From Auanema rhodensis (Eukaryota > Animalia > Nematoda), in NCBI GenBank assembly GCA_964057225.1, contig OZ059895.1, forward strand, positions 20,088,001 to 20,152,000: DNA of 64,000 nt. The letters run 5' to 3'. This document shows positions 39,307 through 55,100 of the stretch, one piece after another. Positions within the stretch are counted from its first letter, which is position 1. Each line of letters starts with the position of its first letter. The notes under the pieces are model-generated. The model was given only the letters and a program-made list of their open reading frames with translations, was not told the DNA's origin and did no database searches. Position numbers and translations under genes: made by a program.

Positions 39307-42300
39307 GAAAAAAGGAATCTAAAAACATCTACTTCTTGCTAAATTATTTTGAAATTTTTCGAAAAAATTTTTGTCAAAATGTTTTTGGAAGCAATGTTGA
39401 GTGTACATGGAAACTCAACATACACTAATGCATCATTTTTCAAACGATCATAACTAATTTTTGTATTGAGCGTTTCTCAATGTAGTATAGTGCATTCGAT
39501 GCGGATTTTTAAGCTGCGTCGATCTGTGTTATCAGATTTGCTCTAGCTTAAAAATGCACCGAGATATCAACTGATATATGTTCACACTTATATCCTCGAT
39601 TTTCACCCTGAAGAAATTATTTTTTCGTTGAATAACATTGTCCATCGTCTTTGCCTTGAAAAAAGGAATCTAAAAACATCTACTTCTTGCTAAATTATTT
39701 TGAAATTTTTCGAAAAAATTTTTGTCAAAATGTTTTTGGAAGCAATGTTGAGTGTACATGGAAACTCAACATACACTAATGCATCATTTTTCAAACGATC
39801 ATAACTAATTTTTGTATTGAGCGTTTCTCAATGTAGTATAGTGCATTCGATGCGGATTTTTAAGCTGCGTCGATCTGTGTTATCAGATTTGCGCTAGCTT
39901 AAAAATGCACCGAGATATCAACTGATATATGTTCACACTTATATCCTCGATTTTCACCCTGAAGAAATTATTTTTTCGTTGAATAACATTGTCCATCGTC
40001 TTTGCCTTGAAAAAAGGAATCTAAAAACATCTACTTTTTGCTAAATTATTTTGAAATTTTTCGAAAAAATTTTTGTCAAAATGTTTTTGGAAGCAATGTT
40101 GAGTGTACATGGAAACTCAACATACACTAATGCATCATTTTTCAAACGATCATAACTAATTTTTGTATTGAGCGTTTCTCAATGTAGTATAGTGCATTCG
40201 ATGCGGATTTTTAAGCTGCGTCGATCTGTGTTATCAGATTTGCTCTAGCTTAAAAATGCACCGAGATATCAACTGATATATGTTCACACTTATATCCTCG
40301 ATTTTCACCCTGAAGAAATTATTTTTTCGTTGAATAACATTGTCCATCGTCTTTGCCTCGAAAAAAGGAATCTAAAAACATCTACTTCTTGCTAAATTAT
40401 TTTGAAATTTTTCGAAAAAATTTTTGTCAAAATGTTTTTGGAAGCAATGTTGAGTGTACATGGAAACTCAACATACACTAATGCATCATTTTTCAAACGA
40501 TCATAACTAATTTTTGTATTGAGCGTTTCTCAATGTAGTATAGTGCATTCGATGCGGATTTTTAAGCTGCGTCGATCTGTGTTATCAGATTTGCGCTAGC
40601 TTAAAAATGCACCGAGATATCAACTGATATATGTTCACACTTATATCCTCGATTTTCACCCTGAAGAAATTATTTTTTCGTTGAATTACATTGTCCATCG
40701 TCTTTGCCTTGAAAAAAGGAATCTAAAAACATCTACTTCTTGCTAAATTATTTTGAAATTTTTCGAAAAAATTTTTGTCAAAATGTTTTTGGAAGCAATG
40801 TTGAGTGTACATGGAAACTCAACATACACTAATGCATCATTTTTCAAACGATCATAACTAATTTTTGTATTAAGCGTTTCTCAATGTAGTATAGTGCATT
40901 CGATGCGGATTTTTAAGCTGCGTCGATCTGTGTTATCAGATTTGCTCTAGCTTAAAAATGCACCGAGATATCAACTGATATATGTTCACACTTATATCCT
41001 CGATTTTCACCCTGAAGAAATTATTTTTTCGTTGAATAACATTGTCCATCGTCTTTGCCTTGAAAAAAGGAATCTAAAAACATCTACTTCTTGCTAAATT
41101 ATTTTGAAATTTTTCGAAAAAATTTTTGTCAAAATGTTTTTGGAAGCAATGTTGAGTGTACATGGAAACTCAACATACACTAATGCATCATTTTTCAAAC
41201 GATCATAACTAATTTTTGTATTGAGCGTTTCTCGATGTAGTATAGTGCATTCGATGCGGATTTTTAAGCTGCGTCGATCTGTGTTATCAGATTTGCGCTA
41301 GCTTAAAAATGCACCGAGATATCAACTGATATAAGTTCACACTTAGATCCTCGATTTTCACCCTGAAGAATTAATTTTTTCGTTGAATAACAATGTCCAT
41401 CGTCTTTGCCTTGAAAAAAGAAATCTAAAAACATCTACTTCTTGCTAAATTATTTTGAAATTTTTCGAAAAAATTTTTGTCAAAATGTTTTTGGAAGCAA
41501 TGTTGAGTGTACATGGAAACTCAACATACACTAATGCATCATTTTTCAAACGATCATAACTAATTTTTGTATTGAGCGTTTCTCAATGTAGTATAGTGCA
41601 TTCGATGCGGATTTTTAAGCTGCGTCGATCTGTGTTATCAGATTTGCGCTAGCTTAAAAATGCACCGAGATATCAACTGATATATGTTCACACTTATATC
41701 CTCGATTTTCACCCTGAAGAAATTATTTTTTCGTTGAATTACATTGTCCATCGTCTTTGCCTTGAAAAAAGGAATCTAAAAACATCTACTTCTTGCTAAA
41801 TTATTTTGAAATTTTTCGAAAAAATTTTTGTCAAAATGTTTTTGGAAGCAATGTTGAGTGTACATGGAAACTCAACATACACTAATGCATCATTTTTCAA
41901 ACGATCATAACTAATTTTTGTATTAAGCGTTTCTCAATGTAGTATAGTGCATTCGATGCGGATTTTTAAGCTGCGTCGATCTGTGTTATCAGATTTGCTC
42001 TAGCTTAAAAATGCACCGAGATATCAACTGATATATGTTCACACTTATATCCTCGATTTTCACCCTGAAGAAATTATTTTTTCGTTGAATAACATTGTCC
42101 ATCGTCTTTGCTTTGAAAAAAGGAATCTAAAAACATCTACTTCTTGCTAAATTATTTTGAAATTTTTCGAAAAAATTTTTGTCAAAATGTTTTTGGAAGC
42201 AATGTTGAGTGTACATGGAAACTCAACATACACTAATGCATCATTTTTCAAACGATCATAACTAATTTTTGTATTGAGCGTTTCTCAATGTAGTATAGTG

Positions 42301-45300
42301 CATTCGATGCGGATTTTTAAGCTGCGTCGATCTGTGTTATCAGATTTGCGCTAGCTTAAAAATGCACCGAGATATCAACTGATATATGTTCACACTTATA
42401 TCCTCGATTTTCACCCTGAAGAAATTATTTTTTCGTTGAATAACATTGTCCATCGTCTTTGCCTTGAAAAAAGGAATCTAAAAACATCTACTTCTTGCTA
42501 AATTATTTTGAAATTTTTCGAAAAAATTTTTGTCAAAATGTTTTTGGAAGCAATGTTGAGTGTACATGGAAACTCAACATACACTAATGCATCATTTTTC
42601 AAACGATCATAACTAATTTTTGTATTGAGCGTTTCTCAATGTAGTATAGTGCATTCGATGCGGATTTTTAAGCTGCGTCGATCTGTGTTATCAGATTTGC
42701 GCTAGCTTAAAAATGCACCGAGATATCAACTGATATATGTTCACACTTATATCCTCGATTTTCACCCTGAAGAAATTATTTTTTCGTTGAATAACATTGT
42801 CCATCGTCTTTGCCTTGAAAAAAGGAATCTAAAAACATCTACTTCTTGCTAAATTATTTTGAAATTTTTCGAAAAAATTTTTGTCAAAATGTTTTTGGAA
42901 GCAATGTTGAGTGTACATGGAAACTCAACATACACTAATGCATCATTTTTCAAACGATCATAACTAATTTTTGTATTGAGCGTTTCTCAATGTAGTATAG
43001 TGCATTCGATGCGGATTTTTAAGCTGCGTCGATCTGTGTTATCAGATTTGCGCTAGCTTAAAAATGCACCGAGATATCAACTGATATATGTTCACACTTA
43101 TATCCTCGATTTTCACCCTGAAGAAATTATTTTTTCGTTGAATAACATTGTCCATCGTCTTTGCCTTGAAAAAAGGAATCTAAAAACATCTACTTCTTGC
43201 TAAATTATTCTGAAATTTTTCGAAAAAATTTTTGTCAAAATGTTTTTGGAAGCAATGTTGAGTGTACATGGAAACTCAACATACACTAATGCATCATTTT
43301 TCAAACGATCATAACTAATTTTTGTATTGAGCGTTTCTCAATGTAGTATAGTGCATTCGATGCGGATTTTTAAGCTGCGTCGATCTGTGTTATCAGATTT
43401 GCGCTAGCTTAAAAATGCACCGAGATATCAACTGATATATGTTCACACTTATATCCTCGATTTTCACCCTGAAGAAATTATTTTTTCGTTGAATAACATT
43501 GTCCATCGTCTTTGCCTTGAAAAAAGGAATCTAAAAACATCTACTTCTTGCTAAATTATTTTGAAATTTTTCGAAAAAATTTTTGTCAAAATGTTTTTGG
43601 AAGCAATGTTGAGTGTACATGGAAACTCAACATACACTAATGCATCATTTTTCAAACGATCATAACTAATTTTTGTATTGAGCGTTTCTCAATGTAGTAT
43701 AGTGCATTCGATGCGGATTTTTAAGCTGCGTCGATCTGTGTTATCAGATTTGCTCTAGCTTAAAAATGCACCGAGATATCAACTGATATATGTTCACACT
43801 TATATCCTCGATTTTCACCCTGAAGAAATTATTTTTTCGTTGAATAACATTGTCCATCGTCTTTGCCTTGAAAAAAGGAATCTAAAAACATCTACTTCTT
43901 GCTAAATTATTTTGAAATTTTTCGAAAAAATTTTTGTCAAAATGTTTTTGGAAGCAATGTTGAGTGTACATGGAAACTCAACATACACTAATGCATCATT
44001 TTTCAAACGATCATAACTAATTTTTGTATTGAGCGTTTCTCAATGTAGTATAGTGCATTCGATGCGGATTTTTAAGCTGCGTCGATCTGTGTTATCAGAT
44101 TTGCGCTAGCTTAAAAATGCACCGAGATATCAACTGATATATGTTCACACTTATATCCTCGATTTTCACCCTGAAGAAATTATTTTTTCGTTGAATAACA
44201 TTGTCCATCATCTTTGCCTTGAAAAAAGGAATCTAAAAACATCTACTTCTTGCTAAATTATTTTGAAATTTTTCGAAAAAATTTTTGTCAAAATGTTTTT
44301 GGAAGCAATGTTGAGTGTACATGGAAACTCAACATACACTAATGCATCATTTTTCAAACGATCATAACTAATTTTTGTATTAAGCGTTTCTCAATGTAGT
44401 ATAGTGCATTCGATGCGGATTTTTAAGCTGCGTCGATCTGTGTTATCAGATTTGCTCTAGCTTAAAAATGCACCGAGATATCAACTGATATATGTTCACA
44501 CTTATATCCTCGATTTTCACCCTGAAGAAATTATTTTTTCGTTGAATAACATTGTCCATCGTCTTTGCCTTGAAAAAAGGAATCTAAAAACATCTACTTC
44601 TTGCTAAATTATTTTGAAATTTTTCGAAAAAATTTTTGTCAAAATGTTTTTGGAAGCAATGTTGAGTGTACATGGAAACTCAACATACACTAATGCATCA
44701 TTTTTCAAACGATCATAACTAATTTTTGTATTGAGCGTTTCTCAATGTAGTATAGTGCATTCGATGCGGATTTTTAAGCTGCGTCGATCTGTGTTATCAG
44801 ATTTGCGCTAGCTTAAAAATGCACCGAGATATCAACTGATATATGTTCACACTTATATCCTCGATTTTCACCCTGAAGAAATTATTTTTTCGTTGAATAA
44901 CATTGTCCATCGTCTTTGCCTTGAAAAAAGGAATCTAAAAACATCTACTTCTTGCTAAATTATTTTGAAATTTTTCGAAAAAATTTTTGTCAAAATGTTT
45001 TTGGAAGCAATGTTGAGTGTACATGGAAACTCAACATACACTAATGCATCATTTTTCAAACGATCATAACTAATTTTTGTATTGAGCGTTTCTCAATGTA
45101 GTATAGTGCATTCGATGCGGATTTTTAAGCTGCGTCGATCTGTGTTATCAGATTTGCGCTAGCTTAAAAATGCACCGAGATATCAACTGATATATGTTCA
45201 CACTTATATCCTCGATTTTCACCCTGAAGAAATTATTTTTTCGTTGAATAACATTGTCCATCGTCTTTGCCTTGAAAAAAGGAATCTAAAAACATCTACT

Positions 45301-46678
45301 TCTTGCTAAATTATTTTGAAATTTTTCGAAAAAATTTTTGTCAAAATGTTTTTGGAAGCAATGTTGAGTGTACATGGAAACTCAACATACACTAATGCAT
45401 CATTTTTCAAACGATCATAACTAATTTTTGTATTGAGCGTTTCTCAATGTAGTATAGTGCATTCGATGCGGATTTTTAAGCTGCGTCGATCTGTGTTATC
45501 AGATTTGCGCTAGCTTAAAAATGCACCGAGATATCAACTGATATAAGTTCACACTTAGATCCTCGATTTTCACCCTGAAGAATTAATTTTTTCGTTGAAT
45601 AACAATGTCCATCGTCTTTGCCTTGAAAAAAGAAATCTAAAAACATCTACTTCTTGCTAAATTATTTTGAAATTTTTCGAAAAAATTTTTGTCAAAATGT
45701 TTTTGGAAGCAATGTTGAGTGTACATGGAAACTCAACATACACTAATGCATCATTTTTCAAACGATCATAACTAATTTTTGTATTGAGCGTTTCTCAATG
45801 TAGTATAGTGCATTCGATGCGGATTTTTAAGCTGCGTCGATCTGTGTTATCAGATTTGCGCTAGCTTAAAAATGCACCGAGATATCAACTGATATATGTT
45901 CACACTTATATCCTCGATTTTCACCCTGAAGAAATTATTTTTTCGTTGAATAACATTGTCCATCGTCTTTGCCTTGAAAAAAGGAATCTAAAAACATCTA
46001 CTTCTTGCTAAATTATTTTGAAATTTTTCGAAAAAATTTTTTGTCAAAATGTTTTTGGAAGCAATGTTGAGTGTACATGGAAACTCAACATACACTAATG
46101 CATCATTTTTCAAACGATCATAACTAATTTTTGTATTGAGCGTTTCTCAATGTAGTATAGTGCATTCGATGCGGATTTTTAAGCTGCGTCGATCTGTGTT
46201 ATCAGATTTGCTCTAGCTTAAAAATGCACCGAGATATCAACTGATATATGTTCACACTTATATCCTCGATTTTCACCCTGAAGAAATTATTTTTTCGTTG
46301 AATAACATTGTCCATCGTCTTTGCCTTGAAAAAAGGAATCTAAAAACATCTACTTCTTGCTAAATTATTTTGAAATTTTTCGAAAAAATTTTTGTCAAAA
46401 TGTTTTTGGAAGCAATGTTGAGTGTACATGGAAACTCAACATACACTAATGCATCATTTTTCAAACGATCATAACTAATTTTTGTATTAAGCGTTTCTCA
46501 ATGTAGTATACTGCATTCGATGCGGATTTTTAAGCTGCGTCGATCTGTGTTATCAGATTTGCGCTAGCTTAAAAATGCACCGAGATATCAACTGATATAT
46601 GTTCACACTTATATCCTCGATTTTCACCCTGAAGAAATTATTTTTTCGTTGAATAACATTGTCCATCGTCTTTGCCTT

Positions 46679-49135
46679 GAAAAAAGGAATCTAAAAACAT
46701 CTACTTCTTGCTAAATTATTTTGAAATTTTTCGAAAAAATTTTTGTCAAAATGTTTTTGGAAGCAATGTTGAGTGTACATGGAAACTCAACATACACTAA
46801 TGCATCATTTTTCAAACGATCATAACTAATTTTTGTATTGAGCGTTTCTCAATGTAGTATAGTGCATTCGATGCGGATTTTTAAGCTGCGTCGATCTGTG
46901 TTATCAGATTTGCGCTAGCTTAAAAATGCACCGAGATATCAACTGATATATGTTCACACTTATATCCTCGATTTTCACCCTGAAGAAATTATTTTTTCGT
47001 TGAATAACTTTGTCCATCGTCTTTGCCTTGAAAAAAGGAATCTAAAAACATCTACTTCTTGCTAAATTATTTTGAAATTTTTCGAAAAAATTTTTGTCAA
47101 AATGTTTTTGGAAGCAATGTTGAGTGTACATGGAAACTCAACATACACTAATGCATCATTTTTCAAACGATCATAACTAATTTTTGTATTGAGCGTTTCT
47201 CAATGTAGTATAGTGCATTCGATGCGGATTTTTAAGCTGCGTCGATCTGTGTTATCAGATTTGCTCTAGCTTAAAAATGCACCGAGATATCAACTGATAT
47301 ATGTTCACACTTATATCCTCGATTTTCACCCTGAAGAAATTATTTTTTCGTTGAATAACATTGTCCATCGTCTTTGCCTTGAAAAAAGGAATCTAAAAAC
47401 ATCTACTTCTTGCTAAATTATTTTGAAATTTTTCGAAAAAATTTTTGTCAAAATGTTTTTGGAAGCAATGTTGAGTGTACATGGAAACTCAACATACACT
47501 AATGCATCATTTTTCAAACGATCATAACTAATTTTTGTATTAAGCGTTTCTCAATGTAGTATAGTGCATTCGATGCGGATTTTTAAGCTGCGTCGATCTG
47601 TGTTATCAGATTTGCGCTAGCTTAAAAATGCACCGAGATATCAACTGATATATGTTCACACTTATATCCTCGATTTTCACCCTGAAGAAATTATTTTTTC
47701 GTTGAATAACATTGTCCATCGTCTTTGCCTTGAAAAAAGGAATCTAAAAACATCTACTTCTTGCTAAATTATTTTGAAATTTTTCGAAAAAATTTTTGTC
47801 AAAATGTTTTTGGAAGCAATGTTGAGTGTACATGGAAACTCAACATACACTAATGCATCATTTTTCAAACGATCATAACTAATTTTTGTATTGAGCGTTT
47901 CTCAATGTAGTATAGTGCATTCGATGCGGATTTTTAAGCTGCGTCGATCTGTGTTATCAGATTTGCGCTAGCTTAAAAATGCACCGAGATATCAACTGAT
48001 ATATGTTCACACTTATATCCTCGATTTTCACCCTGAAGAAATTATTTTTTCGTTGAATAACATTGTCCATCGTCTTTGCCTTGAAAAAAGGAATCTAAAA
48101 ACATCTACTTCTTGCTAAATTATTTTGAAATTTTTCGAAAAAATTTTTGTCAAAATGTTTTTGGAAGCAATGTTGAGTGTACATGGAAACTCAACATACA
48201 CTAATGCATCATTTTTCAAACGATCATAACTAATTTTTGTATTGAGCGTTTCTCAATGTAGTATAGTGCATTCGATGCGGATTTTTAAGCTGCGTCGATC
48301 TGTGTTATCAGATTTGCGCTAGCTTAAAAATGCACCGAGATATCAACTGATATATGTTCACACTTATATCCTCGATTTTCACCCTGAAGAAATTATTTTT
48401 TCGTTGAATAACTTTGTCCATCGTCTTTGCCTTGAAAAAAGGAATCTAAAAACATCTACTTCTTGCTAAATTATTTTGAAATTTTTCGAAAAAATTTTTG
48501 TCAAAATGTTTTTGGAAGCAATGTTGAGTGTACATGGAAACTCAACATACACTAATGCATCATTTTTCAAACGATCATAACTAATTTTTGTATTGAGCGT
48601 TTCTCAATGTAGTATAGTGCATTCGATGCGGATTTTTAAGCTGCGTCGATCTGTGTTATCAGATTTGCTCTAGCTTAAAAATGCACCGAGATATCAACTG
48701 ATATATGTTCACACTTATATCCTCGATTTTCACCCTGAAGAAATTATTTTTTCGTTGAATAACATTGTCCATCGTCTTTGCCTTGAAAAAAGGAATCTAA
48801 AAACATCTACTTCTTGCTAAATTATTTTGAAATTTTTCGAAAAAATTTTTGTCAAAATGTTTTTGGAAGCAATGTTGAGTGTACATGGAAACTCAACATA
48901 CACTAATGCATCATTTTTCAAACGATCATAACTAATTTTTGTATTAAGCGTTTCTCAATGTAGTATAGTGCATTCGATGCGGATTTTTAAGCTGCGTCGA
49001 TCTGTGTTATCAGATTTGCGCTAGCTTAAAAATGCACCGAGATATCAACTGATATATGTTCACACTTATATCCTCGATTTTCACCCTGAAGAAATTATTT
49101 TTTCGTTGAATAACATTGTCCATCGTCTTTGCCTT
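46679..49135. repeat. Duplicated three-monomer block at 4-monomer spacing, M134-136 / M138-140
   Basis: AATAACTTTG (M134, M138), GCTCTA (M135, M139), TATTAAG (M136, M140). Confidence 0.7.
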
Positions 49136-52100
49136 GAAAAAAGGAATCTAAAAACATCTACTTCTTGCTAAATTATTTTGAAATTTTTCGAAAAAATTTT
49201 TGTCAAAATGTTTTTGGAAGCAATGTTGAGTGTACATGGAAACTCAACATACACTAATGCATCATTTTTCAAACGATCATAACTAATTTTTGTATTAAGC
49301 GTTTCTCAATGTAGTATAGTGCATTCGATGCGGATTTTTAAGCTGCGTCGATCTGTGTTATCAGATTTGCTCTAGCTTAAAAATGCACCGAGATATCAAC
49401 TGATATATGTTCACACTTATATCCTCGATTTTCACCCTGAAGAAATTATTTTTTCGTTGAATAACATTGTCCATCGTCTTTGCCTTGAAAAAAGGAATCT
49501 AAAAACATCTACTTCTTGCTAAATTATTTTGAAATTTTTCGAAAAAATTTTTGTCAAAATGTTTTTGGAAGCAATGTTGAGTGTACATGGAAACTCAACA
49601 TACACTAATGCATCATTTTTCAAACGATCATAACTAATTTTTGTATTGAGCGTTTCTCAATGTAGTATAGTGCATTCGATGCGGATTTTTAAGCTGCGTC
49701 GATCTGTGTTATCAGATTTGCGCTAGCTTAAAAATGCACCGAGATATCAACTGATATATGTTCACACTTATATCCTCGATTTTCACCCTGAAGAAATTAT
49801 TTTTTCGTTGAATAACATTGTCCATCGTCTTTGCCTTGAAAAAAGGAATCTAAAAACATCTACTTCTTGCTAAATTATTTTGAAATTTTTCGAAAAAATT
49901 TTTGTCAAAATGTTTTTGGAAGCAATGTTGAGTGTACATGGAAACTCAACATACACTAATGCATCATTTTTCAAACGATCATAACTAATTTTTGTATTGA
50001 GCGTTTCTCAATGTAGTATAGTGCATTCGATGCGGATTTTTAAGCTGCGTCGATCTGTGTTATCAGATTTGCGCTAGCTTAAAAATGCACCGAGATATCA
50101 ACTGATATATGTTCACACTTATATCCTCGATTTTCACCCTGAAGAAATTATTTTTTCGTTGAATAACATTGTCCATCGTCTTTGCCTTGAAAAAAGGAAT
50201 CTAAAAACATCTACTTCTTGCTAAATTATTTTGAAATTTTTCGAAAAAATTTTTGTCAAAATGTTTTTGGAAGCAATGTTGAGTGTACATGGAAACTCAA
50301 CATACACTAATGCATCATTTTTCAAACGATCATAACTAATTTTTGTATTGAGCGTTTCTCAATGTAGTATAGTGCATTCGATGCGGATTTTTAAGCTGCG
50401 TCGATCTGTGTTATCAGATTTGCTCTAGCTTAAAAATGCACCGAGATATCAACCGATATATGTTCACACTTATATCCTCGATTTTCACCCTGAAGAAATT
50501 ATTTTTTCGTTGAATAACATTGTCCATCGTCTTTGCCTTGAAAAAGGAATCTAAAAACATCTACTTCTTGCTAAATTATTTTGAAATTTTTCGAAAAAAT
50601 TTTTGTCAAAATGTTTTTGGAAGCAATGTTGAGTGTACATGGAAACTCAACATACACTAATGCATCATTTTTCAAACGATCATAACTAATTTTTGTATTG
50701 AGCGTTTCTCAATGTAGTATAGTGCATTCGATGCGGATTTTTAAGCTGCGTCGATCTGTGTTATCAGATTTGCGCTAGCTTAAAAATGCACCGAGATATC
50801 AACTGATATATGTTCACACTTATATCCTCGATTTTCACCCTGAAGAAATTATTTTTTCGTTGAATAACATTGTCCATCGTCTTTGCCTTGAAAAAAGGAA
50901 TCTAAAAACATCTACTTCTTGCTAAATTATTTTGAAATTTTTCGAAAAAATTTTTGTCAAAATGTTTTTGGAAGCAATGTTGAGTGTACATGGAAACTCA
51001 ACATACACTAATGCATCATTTTTCAAACGATCATAACTAATTTTTGTATTAAGCGTTTCTCAATGTAGTATAGTGCATTCGATGCGGATTTTTAAGCTGC
51101 GTCGATCTGTGTTATCAGATTTGCTCTAGCTTAAAAATGCACCGAGATATCAACTGATATATGTTCACACTTATATCCTCGATTTTCACCCTGAAGAAAT
51201 TATTTTTTCGTTGAATAACATTGTCCATCGTCTTTGCCTTGAAAAAAGGAATCTAAAAACATCTACTTCTTGCTAAATTATTTTGAAATTTTTCGAAAAA
51301 ATTTTTGTCAAAATGTTTTTGGAAGCAATGTTGAGTGTACATGGAAACTCAACATACACTAATGCATCATTTTTCAAACGATCATAACTAATTTTTGTAT
51401 TGAGCGTTTCTCAATGTAGTATAGTGCATTCGATGCGGATTTTTAAGCTGCGTCGATCTGTGTTATCAGATTTGCGCTAGCTTAAAAATGCACCGAGATA
51501 TCAACTGATATATGTTCACACTTATATCCTCGATTTTCACCCTGAAGAAATTATTTTTTCGTTGAATAACATTGTCCATCGTCTTTGCCTTGAAAAAAGG
51601 AATCTAAAAACATCTACTTCTTGCTAAATTATTTTGAAATTTTTCGAAAAAATTTTTGTCAAAATGTTTTTGGAAGCAATGTTGAGTGTACATGGAAACT
51701 CAACATACACTAATGCATCATTTTTCAAACGATCATAACTAATTTTTGTATTAAGCGTTTCTCAATGTAGTATAGTGCATTCGATGCGGATTTTTAAGCT
51801 GCGTCGATCTGTGTTATCAGATTTGCTCTAGCTTAAAAATGCACCGAGATATCAACTGATATATGTTCACACTTATATCCTCGATTTTCACCCTGAAGAA
51901 ATTATTTTTTCGTTGAATAACATTGTCCATCGTCTTTGCCTTGAAAAAAGGAATCTAAAAACATCTACTTCTTGCTAAATTATTTTGAAATTTTTCGAAA
52001 AAATTTTTGTCAAAATGTTTTTGGAAGCAATGTTGAGTGTACATGGAAACTCAACATACACTAATGCATCATTTTTCAAACGATCATAACTAATTTTTGT

Positions 52101-55100
52101 ATTGAGCGTTTCTCGATGTAGTATAGTGCATTCGATGCGGATTTTTAAGCTGCGTCGATCTGTGTTATCAGATTTGCGCTAGCTTAAAAATGCACCGAGA
52201 TATCAACTGATATAAGTTCACACTTAGATCCTCGATTTTCACCCTGAAGAATTAATTTTTTCGTTGAATAACAATGTCCATCGTCTTTGCCTTGAAAAAA
52301 GGAATCTAAAAACATCTACTTCTTGCTAAATTATTTTGAAATTTTTCGAAAAAATTTTTGTCAAAATGTTTTTGGAAGCAATGTTGAGTGTACATGGAAA
52401 CTCAACATACACTAATGCATCATTTTTCAAACGATCATAACTAATTTTTGTATTGAGCGTTTCTCGATGTAGTATAGTGCATTCGATGCGGATTTTTAAG
52501 CTGCGTCGATCTGTGTTATCAGATTTGCGCTAGCTTAAAAATGCACCGAGATATCAACTGATATATGTTCACACTTATATCCTCGATTTTCACCCTGAAG
52601 AAATTATTTTTTCGTTGAATAACATTGTCCATCGTCTTTGCCTTGAAAAAAGGAATCTAAAAACATCTACTTCTTGCTAAATTATTTTGAAATTTTTCGA
52701 AAAAATTTTTGTCAAAATGTTTTTGGAAGCAATGTTGAGTGTACATGGAAACTCAACATACACTAATGCATCATTTTTCAAACGATCATAACTAATTTTT
52801 GTATTGAGCGTTTCTCAATGTAGTATAGTGCATTCGATGCGGATTTTTAAGCTGCGTCGATCTGTGTTATCAGATTTGCGCTAGCTTAAAAATGCACCGA
52901 GATATCAACTGATATATGTTCACACTTATATCCTCGATTTTCACCCTGAAGAAATTATTTTTTCGTTGAATTACATTGTCCATCGTCTTTGCCTTGAAAA
53001 AAGGAATCTAAAAACATCTACTTCTTGCTAAATTATTTTGAAATTTTTCGAAAAAATTTTTGTCAAAATGTTTTTGGAAGCAATGTTGAGTGTACATGGA
53101 AACTCAACATACACTAATGCATCATTTTTCAAACGATCATAACTAATTTTTGTATTAAGCGTTTCTCAATGTAGTATAGTGCATTCGATGCGGATTTTTA
53201 AGCTGCGTCGATCTGTGTTATCAGATTTGCTCTAGCTTAAAAATGCACCGAGATATCAACTGATATATGTTCACACTTATATCCTCGATTTTCACCCTGA
53301 AGAAATTATTTTTTCGTTGAATAACATTGTCCATCGTCTTTGCCTTGAAAAAAGGAATCTAAAAACATCTACTTCTTGCTAAATTATTTTGAAATTTTTC
53401 GAAAAAATTTTTGTCAAAATGTTTTTGGAAGCAATGTTGAGTGTACATGGAAACTCAACATACACTAATGCATCATTTTTCAAACGATCATAACTAATTT
53501 TTGTATTGAGCGTTTCTCGATGTAGTATAGTGCATTCGATGCGGATTTGTAAGCTGCGTCGATCTGTGTTATCAGATTTGCGCTAGCTTAAAAATGCACC
53601 GAGATATCAACTGATATAAGTTCACACTTAGATCCTCGATTTTCACCCTGAAGAATTAATTTTTTCGTTGAATAACAATGTCCATCGTCTTTGCCTTGAA
53701 AAAAGAAATCTAAAAACATCTACTTCTTGCTAAATTATTTTGAAATTTTTCGAAAAAATTTTTGTCAAAATGTTTTTGGAAGCAATGTTGAGTGTACATG
53801 GAAACTCAACATACACTAATGCATCATTTTTCAAACGATCATAACTAATTTTTGTATTGAGCGTTTCTCAATGTAGTATAGTGCATTCGATGCGGATTTT
53901 TAAGCTGCGTCGATCTGTGTTATCAGATTTGCGCTAGCTTAAAAATGCACCGAGATATCAACTGATATATGTTCACACTTATATCCTCGATTTTCACCCT
54001 GAAGAAATTATTTTTTCGTTGAATAACATTGTCCATCGTCTTTGCCTTGAAAAAAGGAATCTAAAAACATCTACTTCTTGCTAAATTATTTTGAAATTTT
54101 TCGAAAAAATTTTTGTCAAAATGTTTTTGGAAGCAATGTTGAGTGTACATGGAAACTCAACATACACTAATGCATCATTTTTCAAACGATCATAACTAAT
54201 TTTTGTATTGAGCGTTTCTCAATGTAGTATAGTGCATTCGATGCGGATTTTTAAGCTGCGTCGATCTGTGTTATCAGATTTGCGCTAGCTTAAAAATGCA
54301 CCGAGATATCAACTGATATATGTTCACACTTATATCCTCGATTTTCACCCTGAAGAAATTATTTTTTCGTTGAATAACATTGTCCATCGTCTTTGCCTTG
54401 AAAAAAGGAATCTAAAAACATCTACTTCTTGCTAAATTATTTTGAAATTTTTCGAAAAAATTTTTGTCAAAATGTTTTTGGAAGCAATGTTGAGTGTACA
54501 TGGAAACTCAACATACACTAATGCATCATTTTTCAAACGATCATAACTAATTTTTGTATTGAGCGTTTCTCAATGTAGTATAGTGCATTCGATGCGGATT
54601 TTTAAGCTGCGTCGATCTGTGTTATCAGATTTGCGCTAGCTTAAAAATGCACCGAGATATCAACTGATATATGTTCACACTTATATCCTCGATTTTCACC
54701 CTGAAGAAATTATTTTTTCGTTGAATAACATTGTCCATCGTCTTTGCCTTGAAAAAAGGAATCTAAAAACATCTACTTCTTGCTAAATTATTTTGAAATT
54801 TTTCGAAAAAATTTTTGTCAAAATGTTTTTGGAAGCAATGTTGAGTGTACATGGAAACTCAACATACACTAATGCATCATTTTTCAAACGATCATAACTA
54901 ATTTTTGTATTGAGCGTTTCTCAATGTAGTATAGTGCATTCGATGCGGATTTTTAAGCTGCGTCGATCTGTGTTATCAGATTTGCGCTAGCTTAAAAATG
55001 CACCGAGATATCAACTGATATATGTTCACACTTATATCCTCGATTTTCACCCTGAAGAAATTATTTTTTCGTTGAATAACATTGTCCATCGTCTTTGCCT

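Noticed and set aside
45976-50889. Singleton 1-bp indels (+T in M132, -A in M145; also +C at 28077) as biological events
   Set aside because: Each occurs once in or next to a homopolymer and cannot be told apart from long-read consensus error without the reads.
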